From the NCBI RefSeq assembly GCF_020745735.1, contig NW_026867540.1:434001-498000 (forward strand): DNA of 64,000 nt, in the 5' to 3' direction. Positions 51,076 to 62,953 of the stretch are shown here, in pieces; position 1 is the first letter of the stretch; every line of letters starts with the position of its first letter. The notes below the pieces were generated by a model. It was not told where the DNA came from, made no database searches, and saw only the letters and a list, made by a program, of their open reading frames with translations. This stretch comes from Hemiscyllium ocellatum. Lineage: Eukaryota. Made by a program: the position numbers and the translations under genes.

Positions 51076-54000
51076 ATGTTGTAGGGAGTGAATGAGCGAG
51101 AACGAGAAGGAGGAATTGAGCGAATGAGACTTAGGAAAGCAAGAAGTGAGCGAGAATGATGTGATGCATTGTTCAGAGTGAGATCGAAAGGGAAGCAGTG
51201 AATGAGAAAGAGTGATAGCATTGAGAGCGTGAGTGATACCGAAAGGTAGAGAGCAAATGAGTGAAACTGAATGTGTGCAAGGAAGTCATGGAGAGCGACA
51301 AGGTGGGACGGAGTGAGACTGAGACGCCGAGATTTAAAATGAGAAGGAGGGTGTTAGCAAGACCAGGCGGGAGAGAGCAAATGGGTGAGATTGAGAGGGG
51401 CGCAAGGACAGGTACTGATAGAGTGGGAAGAAGTCAATGTGACCAAGAGAGCAAAAAATGTAATGAGCGAGACAGAAATGCAGGAGTGAAGGAATAAGAC
51501 CCAGAGCGTGGATGTGAGTGAGTGACTTGAATATGTAAGGAGGGAGTGCCCGAGACCAAGAGGAAAGGAGGCAGGCAGTGAGGGAGAACGATAGGCAGGG
51601 AGAGAATGTGACCAAGAATGTGGGAGGGACTGAGTGTGTTAGAGAGGGAGGGGATTGAGATTGAGAGAAAGGAAGCGATTGAGTCAGATTGAGAGATCTT
51701 GCGAGAGAATGAGTGATTCTGAGAGGGAGTGAGTCACTGAATGAGACTGAACGAGAAAAAAAGGAGAGAGCGAGACCACATGTGTGCAAGATAGTCAATA
51801 AGGCTGTGGGGGTGGAAATGCATGAGCGGGACCGAGAAGGAGAGAGGATGTAAGTGAGACACAGATGGATTTAAAGAGTGAGTGAGAACGAGGGAGCACA
51901 CAAGGGGGTGAGTAAGACTGAGAAGTAGGTGTTGAATTATTGAAACCTAGAGGTAGGGAAAGATTGAGTGTGATCAATAGGGAAGAGTAAATGCAGCAAA
52001 AAAATGACTAAGAGGAAGGGTGTGAGCGAGAACTGAAGGGAAGGTTTGAGTGAGACCGAGAAAGTGTGAGGGATAGAGCAAAACCAGGAGGTACGGAGCG
52101 GGCATGCAAGCCAGAAAGGGAGCGCGGCAGGGAATGTGATAGAGAGGGACGTTGACAGTGAGTGACAGCGAGTCAGCACGAGACGAGGGTGACCAAGACT
52201 GAGAGCTAGCATGCAATAAATGTGACCATAAGGAGGAAGTAAGTGTGTGAGAACGAAAGGTAAAGAGAGGGTGAACGATTCCGAGAGTGAGAAAGTGAGT
52301 GAGATCAAAAGGGGGAGGAGGGCTTGAATGTCAACGAGAAGCAGTGAGTGAGCAAAACTGAGAGGACTGTTGGGGCAGAGTGATACGGGGAAGGAGGGCA
52401 TCATTGAGTGACACTGAGACAACACAAGATGACAGTGACCGAGGCCGAGAATTCGGGTGCGAGAGAGCTGTAGAAAGAGGGAGTGAGTGAATGAGACTGA
52501 GAAGGAGCGAGGGCGAGAGCGAGAACGACAGGGGGTGAGTGAGATCTACAGGGTCAGAAGGAAAGAGTGGTACTGCAAGAAAGTGTGTCAGTTAAACTGA
52601 GAGGGAGAGTGGGATAAGTGAGACAGATGGAGAGAAGGAGTAAGGGTAACAAACAGGGAAGGAGGGAGTTAACCTGAACGATGAAGCGCAAGACTGCATT
52701 AGTCAGACCAACAGGAAGGGAATAACAGTGGGAGATTGAGAATGAGCGAGAGAGTGAGTGAGACTGAAAGAGAAGGAGGGACTGAGCAAGACTGAAAGAC
52801 GATAAGAAAGGGATCAAGAACGAGAGAGTACGTGACGGAGTGAGCGAGGCTGAGAGTTTGGGAGCAAAATAGTAGACCTGGAGGTGGTAAGTGTGTGACA
52901 GTTTTAGAGAAAGAGAGATTGAGGGGGACAAACATAGGAGTAGACCAGGTTTATGCAGAGGAGGAATGGGTGGAAGTGAACCAGGTTTTGTTGCCGGCAG
53001 CATACAGTCAGGACTTATTAAAGAAGCACTTGAATTTCCAGTAGGAGGTCACCAATGTACGAGGAAAACACAGGCTAAGGGACAAAAATCTTTTCATTGG
53101 CCTGTAATGCACCAGAATGTGGTTCGATTTTGCTACACATGCCACAGTCCCAAATGATTGTCAAGCCATAGGCTTTAAGAAAACCAGCACTTTTTTGCCA
53201 ATTCATGCATTTGAACAAATTTAAATGTGTAGTTCCCTACCCATAAACTATTTGTGGGAACCACTATTTCCGAACCATAATGGACGTGCCTAGCAGTTTT
53301 CAAGAACAAATTCCATTACGGAGTAGAAAGGCAAAAAGTTTGTTGGAGTAGTTAGTAGCTTTCTTTACTCAGTTTGGGCTACCCTGAGAGATTCAGTCAG
53401 ATCAAGGATTTAATTTTACAGCTATGCTATTTCACAAAGTCATGGATAGCTTAGGCATATTTTAAATCAATTGTGTACCATCCTGATTTACAGGGAGCTT
53501 TGGAATGGTGACATCAGACGCTGCAGATCATTTTAAGAGCTTGCTATCAGGATTGCACGAAGATTGGTGCAAAGGTATTCCATGAATTTTGGTTGTCATT
53601 ACAGATATCCCAAACGAATCTACTCAGTTTCAGCCGTTTTAGTTAATATTTCGACATAAGGTGACGGGGCCTTTGAAGTTACTTAAAGAAAAATCAGACT
53701 CGGATTATGTAACTGCTGTGAGGGAACGATTAAATCGGATAGCTGTGTTATTATAACAGCAGGTGAAGAAGACATGGTGAAGAAGTAAATAGGTGGCCTT
53801 TAAAAACTCTCTCATTCAGATGTTGCCCGGTGGGGATGACAGATGAGGAATGTAACCAATGTTAGATGATCCCTTCCATGCCAGATTTAGTGGACCCGAT
53901 CAAGTTGTGACAATGCTGAGTCAGATAAACTATCTGTAAAAGATGTAAAAGAAAATAAATCTTAATCGTGTACGTTACATGAGTCTATTGACACCTTACT

Positions 54001-54480
54001 ATAATAGATGCAAGGAACTGGAGAAGCTGGCGTTATTTACTGCTCGGCAGACACAGTAATCAAATCAGAATGTTATGAATTTTGATGTGCCTCAAAAGTC
54101 GTGAAATAATGAGCAACTCCTTGAGGAGTGGGAGGGATAAGAAATCAATCACTCTCTCTTTGGAGTAAAGAACTCAGTTGAAAGGTCTGTCGCAATAGTA
54201 TGTGGACTCATGTCAGAATATCATGGGGATGATTTCTACTATTGTACACAAGGCAGAAGTTGAGGGTGCCGTTCCGACAAATCAAAACCCCGACAGATTT
54301 AATCCTCTGAAAGCCGCACCGGTCCAGAAGGACGTGGATACCATTGAACCGAGTCAGAGTGAGTGGAACTCACTGATGTTAATTTTACAACTGACAGGAT
54401 TCAAGATAATATGTTCACTATCGGAAGGTTAACTCTAACAAAGTCGGATTCCTACCGATAATAGCATTGGAGTCTTTTTA

Positions 54481-54773
54481 TTACAGTACTTACAGTGTGG
54501 AAACAGGCCCTTTGGCCCAACAAGTCCACATCGAACCTCTGAAGAGCAACGCACCCAGACCCATTCCCCGACACCTAACACAACGGGAAATTTATCATGG
54601 CCAATTCAACTAACCTGCACATCTTTGGACTGTGGGAGGAAACCCGAGCAAACCCACACAGACACGGGGAGAATGTCCAAACGCCACACAGACAGTTGCC
54701 CGACGCGGGAATTGAACCCAGGTCTCTGGCGTTTTGAGGCAGCAGTGGTAACCACTCTGCCATCGTGCTGCCC
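54481..54773 (-). mobile_element. HE1-like SINE nested in the Gypsy RT
   Basis: Reverse complement of the 26673-26990 family, with A and B boxes. Confidence 0.88.
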
Positions 54774-54934
54774 GAATTTGGATTTACCGCATGGTTATTG
54801 GTAGATACCTTTATCAGAGAAAGCAAAAAAATGTTTCCGCATCAATAAATCCAAATGAGCTGCTTGAATCCAAAGTGACGACCATTGGAATGAAAAACGC
54901 ACCTGTCACACTGCAATGACTCATGAACAGAAGT

Positions 54935-55144
54935 GTTAAAAATCACACTACACCAGATTATTGGCCAACAGGTTTAATTGGAAGCATAGTAACTTTCGGA
55001 GCGCCGCAACTTCATCAGGTGGTTGTGAAGGAGCAGCGCTTTCAAAGCTAGTGTTATTCTAATTAATCCTGTTGGACAATAACCTGGTGTTGTGCGATTT
55101 TTAACTTTGTACACCCCAGTCCAACACCGGCATCTCCAAATTAT
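54935..55144. mobile_element. Second Penelope-like family, palindrome plus about 38-nt tail, nested in the Gypsy RT
   Basis: gttaaaaatc...gatttttaac palindrome (54935-55105) centred on hammerhead-like cores. Possible target duplication AACAGAA at 54926-54932 and 55145-55151. Confidence 0.7.
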
Positions 55145-55604
55145 AACAGAATTATGACTGTATTAACAAAGTGGGCGGTTTACCTAGATGAATTAATATT
55201 CTTTTGCGAGTCATGGAAAGATCACATGTTATAGCTGGATGAACTCATTGAACGACTACGAGAGAAAACAAACTTTATAAACTTGAAGATAACAGGATTC
55301 ACGAAGACAGGTGTGACGTACCTGAGACACAACATGAGTCATGGAAGGCTAAGCCCAAGGAACGCGAAGACAAATGTCATTGAGGAATTTCCACGACAAT
55401 CCTTGAAGAAAAAGGTGCTTCGATTTTTCGAACAACGTTTATTCTACCGGAGGTTTCTTCCAAACTTCAGTGATGTGGCGACAATGTTGCCAGATTAACT
55501 AAATGATAATAGAAAATTTCCAAGTTTTTTTCTTGAAACCGTTCGATGTTGCCATTGATGTTGGTCACAGCAGGCTAATGCTTTCATAGGACAGATAAGG
55601 CAGG

Positions 55605-56077
55605 GATTGCCTTTCACATTGCGAACAGGTGAATGGCCTCTCCCTTGTGTGACAACGTCGCTGAAATTCCAATACTGAAAAGGAATGAAATCTCTTCCAA
55701 CAGTCCTCAATTTTCCTGGTTCTTCATCTGATGGGTGTCCTTTGTATTTGGAAGGTCAACAGGCAGATAAAGCCTCATCCAGCCAGAAACAAGTGTAGTC
55801 TGTGTGGAACAGAAGCAGTCAGTACTGAGGATGGGAGTGAATCAGGGTTTTAAGAACTGCTCCTTTGCTTTCAGATTGTTGTTCAGTGCGGAGCTGATTT
55901 CGATGATTTTTTTGCAGCTGTATATACTGTTTATAAGCTTTTATTTTGTTTGCTGAGTCTCGAATAAAGACATCAAAAAACAACGTTTATTTAAGCAGAA
56001 GAAAGAGGGAGCATAAGAGATCAGGTGGGAGGTCGGTCGGAGAATAATTCTGTGTTTAAATATTTCCATTGGGCACC
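55605..56077 (-). pseudogene. Decayed C2H2 zinc-finger exon
   Basis: The minus strand at about 55715-55605 reads KIEDCWKRFHSFSVLEFQRRCHTRERPFTCSQCER, which fits C-x2-C-x3-F-x5-L-x2-H-x3-H spacing (two ligands mutated) plus an HTGERPF-type linker. Upstream YTC..G*GF..KDTH remnants and a candidate acceptor tcttacAG at 56079-56078. Confidence 0.7.
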
Positions 56078-57179
56078 CTGTAAGATAAATTATAAAAATA
56101 ATAAGCGCAGGTTTGAAATTTAAAACAGGCACTTCCAGTTTCTTTATAATAACTTTCTCTCACATCTTCCCTCAAATCTGTAATCCTTCGTGCCACACAC
56201 ATCCTCAATTTTCACTCTGCTGGACCGGACGTATACCTAGGTAAACACAATGATTGCAGATTTTGGAAACCAGACTCTGGATTAGTGGTGGTTCAAAAGC
56301 GCAGCAGTTCAGGCAGCATCCGAGGAGCAGTAAAATCACCTAACGTATATCTCCCCATTCTCCTGAATTTGTTGATTAACAGATCCCGCTCACCAACTGT
56401 TGTCCTTGACAGTCACCTGCTTCTTTCCTGGACTTAAGTCCTTTCCCTTCAGTTTCTACAATTTCATGATGTAAGTCCAGAATGCAAAAAAAAACAAGGA
56501 AAAGGACATGAAATATAAAAGCCAGTGTTGTGCTGCCAGAAGATGGACAGAGGGGGAAGTTTCGGGTTGGGTAAAGTTCCACCTTCATTCAGAGAGAGTA
56601 GTAGCAGCAGTACATTCACTGAAGAGGAAAGTACCGCTAAGAAAGCTCATTATTCAATGGTAACGCTCAGAAAATCAAGGAACTCTGAATGGCTGGTGGA
56701 CCAGAGTGCATCCGTTCCTTCAGCAGTTTTCATTGGTCCATTGCTGAATTGTGACGACAGTGGAACGAGCTTCAGTTTTATACACATTATTCAAGTGTAT
56801 AAAATTAAGAGCAGCACGAGGATGGGGTAGTCTTTTATTCAGGAAAGTTGAATTTAGAAATAAAGTACAAAAGTACATAAGGAATAATCCGTGACCATAC
56901 AACAACAGTGCTGCCTTCCTCCAGCCAATTACGTAGGGAAATGCGTTCTGAAACAAATCCTCCTCGTCAATGCGCAAATCCCCTTCCAGACTTCGCACGT
57001 GTGTTGTTCCCCGTTTCCTTGCCTCAGGAATTGCAGTCTGCTGGAATAGTTGAAAAGTACGTGGTGGAGAAAGTCAGGAAATGTCAGACGTTATTGAAGA
57101 TTACTGTGACCGTCCCACAGCGAAACAGTCTTGTAATAAATGAAATAAATACCCAACCATATGTGAGAGGAAGAGGAAT

Positions 57180-58705
57180 AAATGGGAAACTATTTAAGCC
57201 AGCGCTGGGTTTGGCAATATACAAGTTTCAACTCTTAGGAATCTGGGGGATTCACTTACAGACATGTTTCCTTCACCATGAGACACTGGTTAAGCTATGG
57301 AAGAAAGGAGGGTAGCTGATGTTGTTCTATTTTATAAGAAAGTTAGCAAAAACAAGCCAGGGAATGACAACACAGTTAGCCTTACATCAGTGGTAGGTAA
57401 CTTATTGGAGAGGATATAGAGCGACAGGATCAAACAATTTTTCGAGAGTCAAACTCTGATTCAGTATAATAAGCATTAATTTGTACACAGGAAGTCATAC
57501 CTGACAATCCTTTGAAAGTTTTTCAAAGGTAACCAAGAGGATAGATAAATGTAGGTCAGTGGATGTTGTCAACTTGGACTTTCGTAAGACCATTGACAAG
57601 ATCCTGTAAGACAGGCTAGTAATGAAGGTGAGGTCACATGGAATCCAGTGAGGTTTAGGTAATTGGATAACATTGACTCCAAGGCAGGAAGTAAAGGGTG
57701 ATAGTTGAGGGTTGTTTCTCAGATTCGATGCATGTGACCAGTAGGTGTAACACAAGAGTCGATGCTGTGATCTCTGTTATTGTTATTTACTTTAACGATG
57801 TGGATGTGAATGCATAACGCAAGATTAGTAAGATTGCGGATAATACAAAATTAGGAGATATCATTCATAACAAGGAAAGTTATCAAAAATTGCAGTTATC
57901 TTTGTCAGATGGGGAAGTGAGCAAAGGATTGCCAAATGCAATTTAGTACATATAAATGTGAAATGTTGCATTTTGGAATGTCAAACAAATGAATGATGTA
58001 TACAATAAATGGTAAAGTCCTGAGGAGTGTTGTGGAACAGAGGGACCGAGGAATACAAGTACATAGTTCATTGTAAGCGGCGTACACGTAGACTGGTTGT
58101 GAAGAAGGCATTCAGCACGCTGGCCTTCATGGTTGAAGCCACTGAGTATATGATTTGGGACGTTATTTTACAGTTGTACAGGGCATTGATGAGGCCTCAC
58201 TTGGGGTTTGTGCAAAATGTTCGTTACGCTCTTAAACGAAAGACACAATTAAAATGTGAAGTGTGCAAAGAAGATTTATGAGGATATTTCCAGGATTGAT
58301 GGGCCTGAGGTATGTCCAAGATAGGACTCATTCTTGAGAAAGTAGGAGAATGAGGGGTGACATTATACAAGTGTATAAAATTAAGAGGAGCATGCGGATG
58401 AGGTAGTCTTTTATTCAGGAAAGTTGAATTTAGAAATAAAGTACAAAAGTTTGAGTTGAGAGGAGCAATATTTAGGAATGGACCTGAGGGGTAACTTCTT
58501 CTGGATTGGGCTGCCATCAAAGTGGTTGAGGCAGTACAATAGTATCATTATTAAAATAGAGGTGTACATGGATGGGAATGGTTTCGGGGGATATAGATTC
58601 AATGCAGGCAATAGGAAATGGCTGCCTGCGCACCGTGGTCAGCATGAACCACTTTGGGCCAAAGGGCTTGTTTCCACGCAGAAATGCTCTATAACTATGT
58701 GAGTC
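57180..58705 (+). mobile_element. CR1-like RT plus 3' tail
   Basis: ILQLYRALMRPHL and tail tgggccaaagggcttgtttcc. Confidence 0.8.
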
Positions 58706-59109
58706 TACATGTGCGAAATGCCAGGATTCTGGGAAAATGTAATGAAGCCATCCAGAATTTTAATTGATAATATTGTAAGGTGAAACAGAGTTGAGATCAG
58801 CCATCACTATATTCAATGGAGGAGTAGGCTGGAATGCCTGAATTTCCTCCTGGTATTTGGGCTTTTTCTATTCTTGTGTGAAATATCTGTGAAGCTGAAG
58901 CCGAAAGTCTGCATTTTCACCGAAGGAGATTTGGGGGGAAAGCAGTATGAATTACAAACCGATATATACGCACGAAACTTAGATAACAAGGAAGTATTGT
59001 GATTTAGTGATTGAAACTTTTAGACTGAGCGATATATTCATAGCGTCCAGAATAATCAATGCTGAATACCTATCCTGTACTTAAAAAGCTGCCCTTTCCA
59101 AAAGTCGAA

Positions 59110-59630
59110 AATTGTGACACTGCAAAAGCACAGCAGGTCAGGAAACATCTGAGAAGCAGGAGAGCCAACTTTTCAGCCTTAAACCCTGCTTTTGCAAAGT
59201 CGGTTGGGGAAAGGATTGAGAAATAAATAAAGGTAGGGGTGTGGTTGCGCGGAAGGTGGTTGCGGCGGTGATCGGTGGATGAAGGTTGGGTGAGATTGTG
59301 ATAAGTTGATGGTGAGGATGGAACGTATAGGGTAGAAGGAAGGTGGACAAGCGGGACAAGACAAGAGGCGGTGCCGAGTTGGAGTGTTGGAACTGGGATG
59401 ATGTTGCCAGATGTGTCATTTGTAAACTAGTGAAGCCGACGTTGATGCTGTGTGGTTGAGGGGTCTCGAAGCAGAAAATGTGGCGTTCTTCCTCGAGTCG
59501 ACAGGATTTTGGATTTGGCGGTGGAAGAAACTCTATACTTGTACTTTCTTCGTGAAGCGGGAAGAGAAGTTGAAGTAGTCGGCCACAAAGTGTCTTTTGG
59601 AAAGCGCACACCTTCTCAAGACATGAGGGT
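59110..59630 (-). mobile_element. Old Penelope 3' relic
   Basis: CRLEEERHIFCFETPQPHSIN on the minus strand plus the family terminus. Confidence 0.7.
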
Positions 59631-60729
59631 GTAGGATGACCTGCGTCCACATCAGTCTTGTGTCCTGAAGAGATTGAATAGTCCAATGTTGTGCACACCT
59701 TCTCTAAAATTGATGGAAAAAGTATGGAGATGAAAGGGTGCTTTGCTCGAATTTTCACATGCTCCTAACTATGAGAATGAATAATCTTCATTTAGGATAG
59801 TCAGAGGAACACCAAATGGCCGGCGTTTTCGCAATTGATTCTTCTCCAATTTAGATGGAATTGACCTGGAGATTCTCCTGAGTAAGTGCGGAGAATTTAT
59901 TTTACTGAAAAGTAAAATGTATCTCAAACCATTTATTCGTAACATCTGCAATGTTCACTCAGAGTCAAGAACTTTGTTTTGGAAAGACTATGTCAGACAT
60001 ATGAATGGCATAACCTACGAATAGAACTGATTAATCATAACCAGAACTTTGATATGAGGATGTTTCCCGGCGAAAGGAAATGTATATTTGAGTATCTGTG
60101 TCAGAGGGCATTTGCATGATGTTGTAGACGCATCACTCTTGACGTCGTTCAATGGGTTTTAGCTGCAAAACCTGTCTCTTTTTAGACATCATCCATTCAT
60201 ATAGAATTTTATGGCTTTCTTTTTCTTTTACATCTGCTGAGCAAATCATGTGTATTTAAAAATATCTGAAAAATATCAGACTCCCTAAGTCTTGAAATCA
60301 AAAAGCTAAATCGACTGGCATTGTGTTAATGTTTAACCTGATGGCTCTGTCTGTCCTTTCAGTATATAAACAATCAAATGGTTACAATTGGAAGGAGAGC
60401 AGAAAGGAGAAAAATTAACCCCCTCTGCTTCCCTCTATTTATCCTTTCAACAACTTCACTGAAAACAGATGGTGCAAATATGGTCAGATCTACTGTCTGC
60501 GAGATCTCACTCTGCAAGAATGGATATTCAAGTATTCAGCTGAGTATCCAAATCTGAAGGTGGATCACTGAAGTGAAATGCTTTGAGATCGCCTGTGATT
60601 GAAAGTGGCATTTTGTCGATGCAAGTTTTTTTGTAATCAACACACACATTTTTCTTTATTCCAATCCTAACATAAGGTTGTTCTTTATGAACAGATACCA
60701 ACTTGCTGGAGGACAGAAATACCAACTGT

Positions 60730-62200
60730 GGACGGATGCTGGGAACTGATCATCTGACGAGGCTTCTTGAATAATTAATGACATCATATTGAGGGATACC
60801 CATCGAAAGACTGATCACAGTATGGTTGATTTTGGAATATGGACAGAAATTGTGACGGGAAAATCCAATACCAGGATTTTGTGCTTAAACAAGGGAGACT
60901 ACAACAGGATGACCGGGGAGTTGACTAAAGTAACTGGAAGAAATGATGTCATGGTGGTAAAGCTGACGAACAGTGGAAGACTTCCAAAGCATTTTTTTTC
61001 AAAGTATGAGCCCTGTTCAGCAAAGTATATGCCAGTGAAAATATCAGTGTTAGACTAAGGGTAATCTGCAGGCTTGTCGAAGGAAATAGGAAGTCGGTTC
61101 GGAAATCAGTTCGGAAGGTAAGGCATCAAAAATGATCAATATCAGAGGGTAGCTAGCTGATTTGAAAAGCTTAATTGGTCACCAGAAAGCGTGAAAAAGA
61201 CGTCTCAAGAAAGGTAGATAGATTATGAGAAAATACTAGGTTAAAGGAGAGACAAATAACAGAGGTTACTGGAAATATAATAAACGAAAGGTTGGGTAAA
61301 GTAAACATTGGGACCTTGGAGGGTGAGAAGGGGGATTTAATGCTGTGATATGAGGAACAGGTATTTCGTTTCGGTCTTCATATTGAAAGACACGAATTAA
61401 AACTCTAGTAATAGACAAAAGGTGAAGGTAGATGAGGACCTGGAAAGATCATTATCATAGAAGCGATTATGTTAGGCGATCTAATAGAGCTAAGGGTAGA
61501 CAAGTCTCCTGGCGTGGACTGCATGCAGCTCAGGCGAATAAAAAAAGATGGCGGGAGATATACCAAATGCACTTGCGGTAAATTTCCAAAATTCACTGGA
61601 TTCTGGGGCGGTTCCAGCAGATTGGAAAGCAGCAAACGTGGTGATACCGTTTAAAAAGGGAGACTGGGGGAAGGTGCGGAAACGATAGAACAATTATTTT
61701 AAATTCAGTAGTGGGAAAAATGTTTGAGACTTTTATCAAGGAAGAAATACCAAGGCATCTATATAGAAGCTGTTCCATTTCATAGCATGTCTTTGTGAAG
61801 CCCAGTTCATGCTTAACTGATCTACTTCAATTCTTCAACACATTACGAACACTGTGAACAATGGCAACCAAGTAGATGTACGTTGCATCTAAATTTCCAA
61901 ACCGCATTCGACAAGATACTGGACAAAAGGCTGCTGCGTCAGGTAAAGATTCAAGGCGGTACAGGCATTGACTTAGCAAGAGATAGAGTATTAGTTAATT
62001 AACAGGAAGGAAAACGCGGGTAAAATAAATGGTTTTCCAGTCAGCACTCAGGGATCAGTGTTCGGACGGCAATTTGTCTCAAGATATAGGATTGATTTGG
62101 AGTTTGTGAGCACACGCATTGAGTCAAAGATTGTGGATGACAGTGCAATGAGTGCTGGAGTTTGCAACCCAGGAGGTCTATTGCAGAGTGTTCCAATTGC
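60730..62200 (+). mobile_element. CR1-like fragment (end of endonuclease to RT)
   Basis: DHSMVDF, LNKGDY, LRVDKSPGVD. Confidence 0.8.
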
Positions 62201-62953
62201 AATACTAAGTCAGTGACCGTTAATCCAATGGCCAAGCAGAGAACAAATAATCTGGGAATAATGACAAATCAAGAGCGACAATAAATGGAAAGTAATCGAA
62301 TGAGAACAGACCTTGTCAAAATAAAGAAATAACAATACAACTTTGGTGTAGCAAAAATTCAGCAATTAAGCTCTGCAGAAAAGCTTGCAAATACATTTAA
62401 GAGTCGTTATCTTCGATAGGCATCGACTTGATGGACATCAGTCAATTCAGCTTTGGTCAGAAACTGACGTACTGATAAGAACGAAAGAAAGAGAGAAAGA
62501 AAGTGATAAAGAAAGACAGAACAAAAGAGAGAATGAAAGAAAGTGAACGAAGAAGACAGCGATAACAAAAAAAGACAAACAAAGAAAGTGAATTTGTATT
62601 CACAAAGACATTTTCCAAATCCCAAATCAATTTGAATGCTCTTAAATGCTGGTCAAATATTGGCAAAATCTCCTGCAAGCAAGTTTAATGTTCGTGAAAT
62701 GGCGATGGTGGGATATTTTGCACTTCATCTGAGGAAGCAGACAGAAACATGTTTCAGCATATTTTCTCGGATGACAGCGCATCCGATATTTCAATATTAT
62801 TGGGAAAAGGGAACGATCAGTTTTGCAGTATGAATTGTGCATTAATCAAGCACTGGTTATGAACTGACAAATTTGTATTGTGTGAGGGAGAGTACTGCAT
62901 GGTGTGCCACACTGAGGGACAAATAAGAAGGCAAAAATAGAAGCAATGTCGTT

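Larger units (their letters stand above)
47480..52950. repeat. Degenerate GA-rich (GAGTGAGA/GAGACTGA-like) low-complexity array, split by the CR1 at 49380-51075
   Basis: Strong purine bias on the + strand with recurring gagtgagactgagag and gagcgagaccaagag motifs. Confidence 0.85.
52958..55500 (+). mobile_element. Decayed Ty3/Gypsy LTR-retrotransposon pol, Gmr1-like (integrase upstream of RT)
   Basis: Zn-finger GGHQCTRKT..FHWP..CYTCHS (53040-53150), core FGLP*EIQSDQG..YHP..QGALE (53370-53520), ARFSGP (about 53880), then RT IEPSQSEW (54345), AVYLDE (55175) and FYRRFLPNFS (55440). Confidence 0.85.

Noticed and set aside
47954-53003. Long minus-strand ORFs (up to 235 aa) that look hydrophobic
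   Set aside because: Low-complexity translations of the CT-rich strand of the GA array, which is stop-poor by composition.
56415-56620. Apparent transmembrane exon on the minus strand
   Set aside because: The hydrophobicity follows from T-richness in more than one frame, and stops are present.
59796-60470. Two exon-like segments with weak LRR-like leucine spacing
   Set aside because: In-frame stops, lengths that do not fit 84-nt LRR exons, and no convincing LxxLxLxxN motif.
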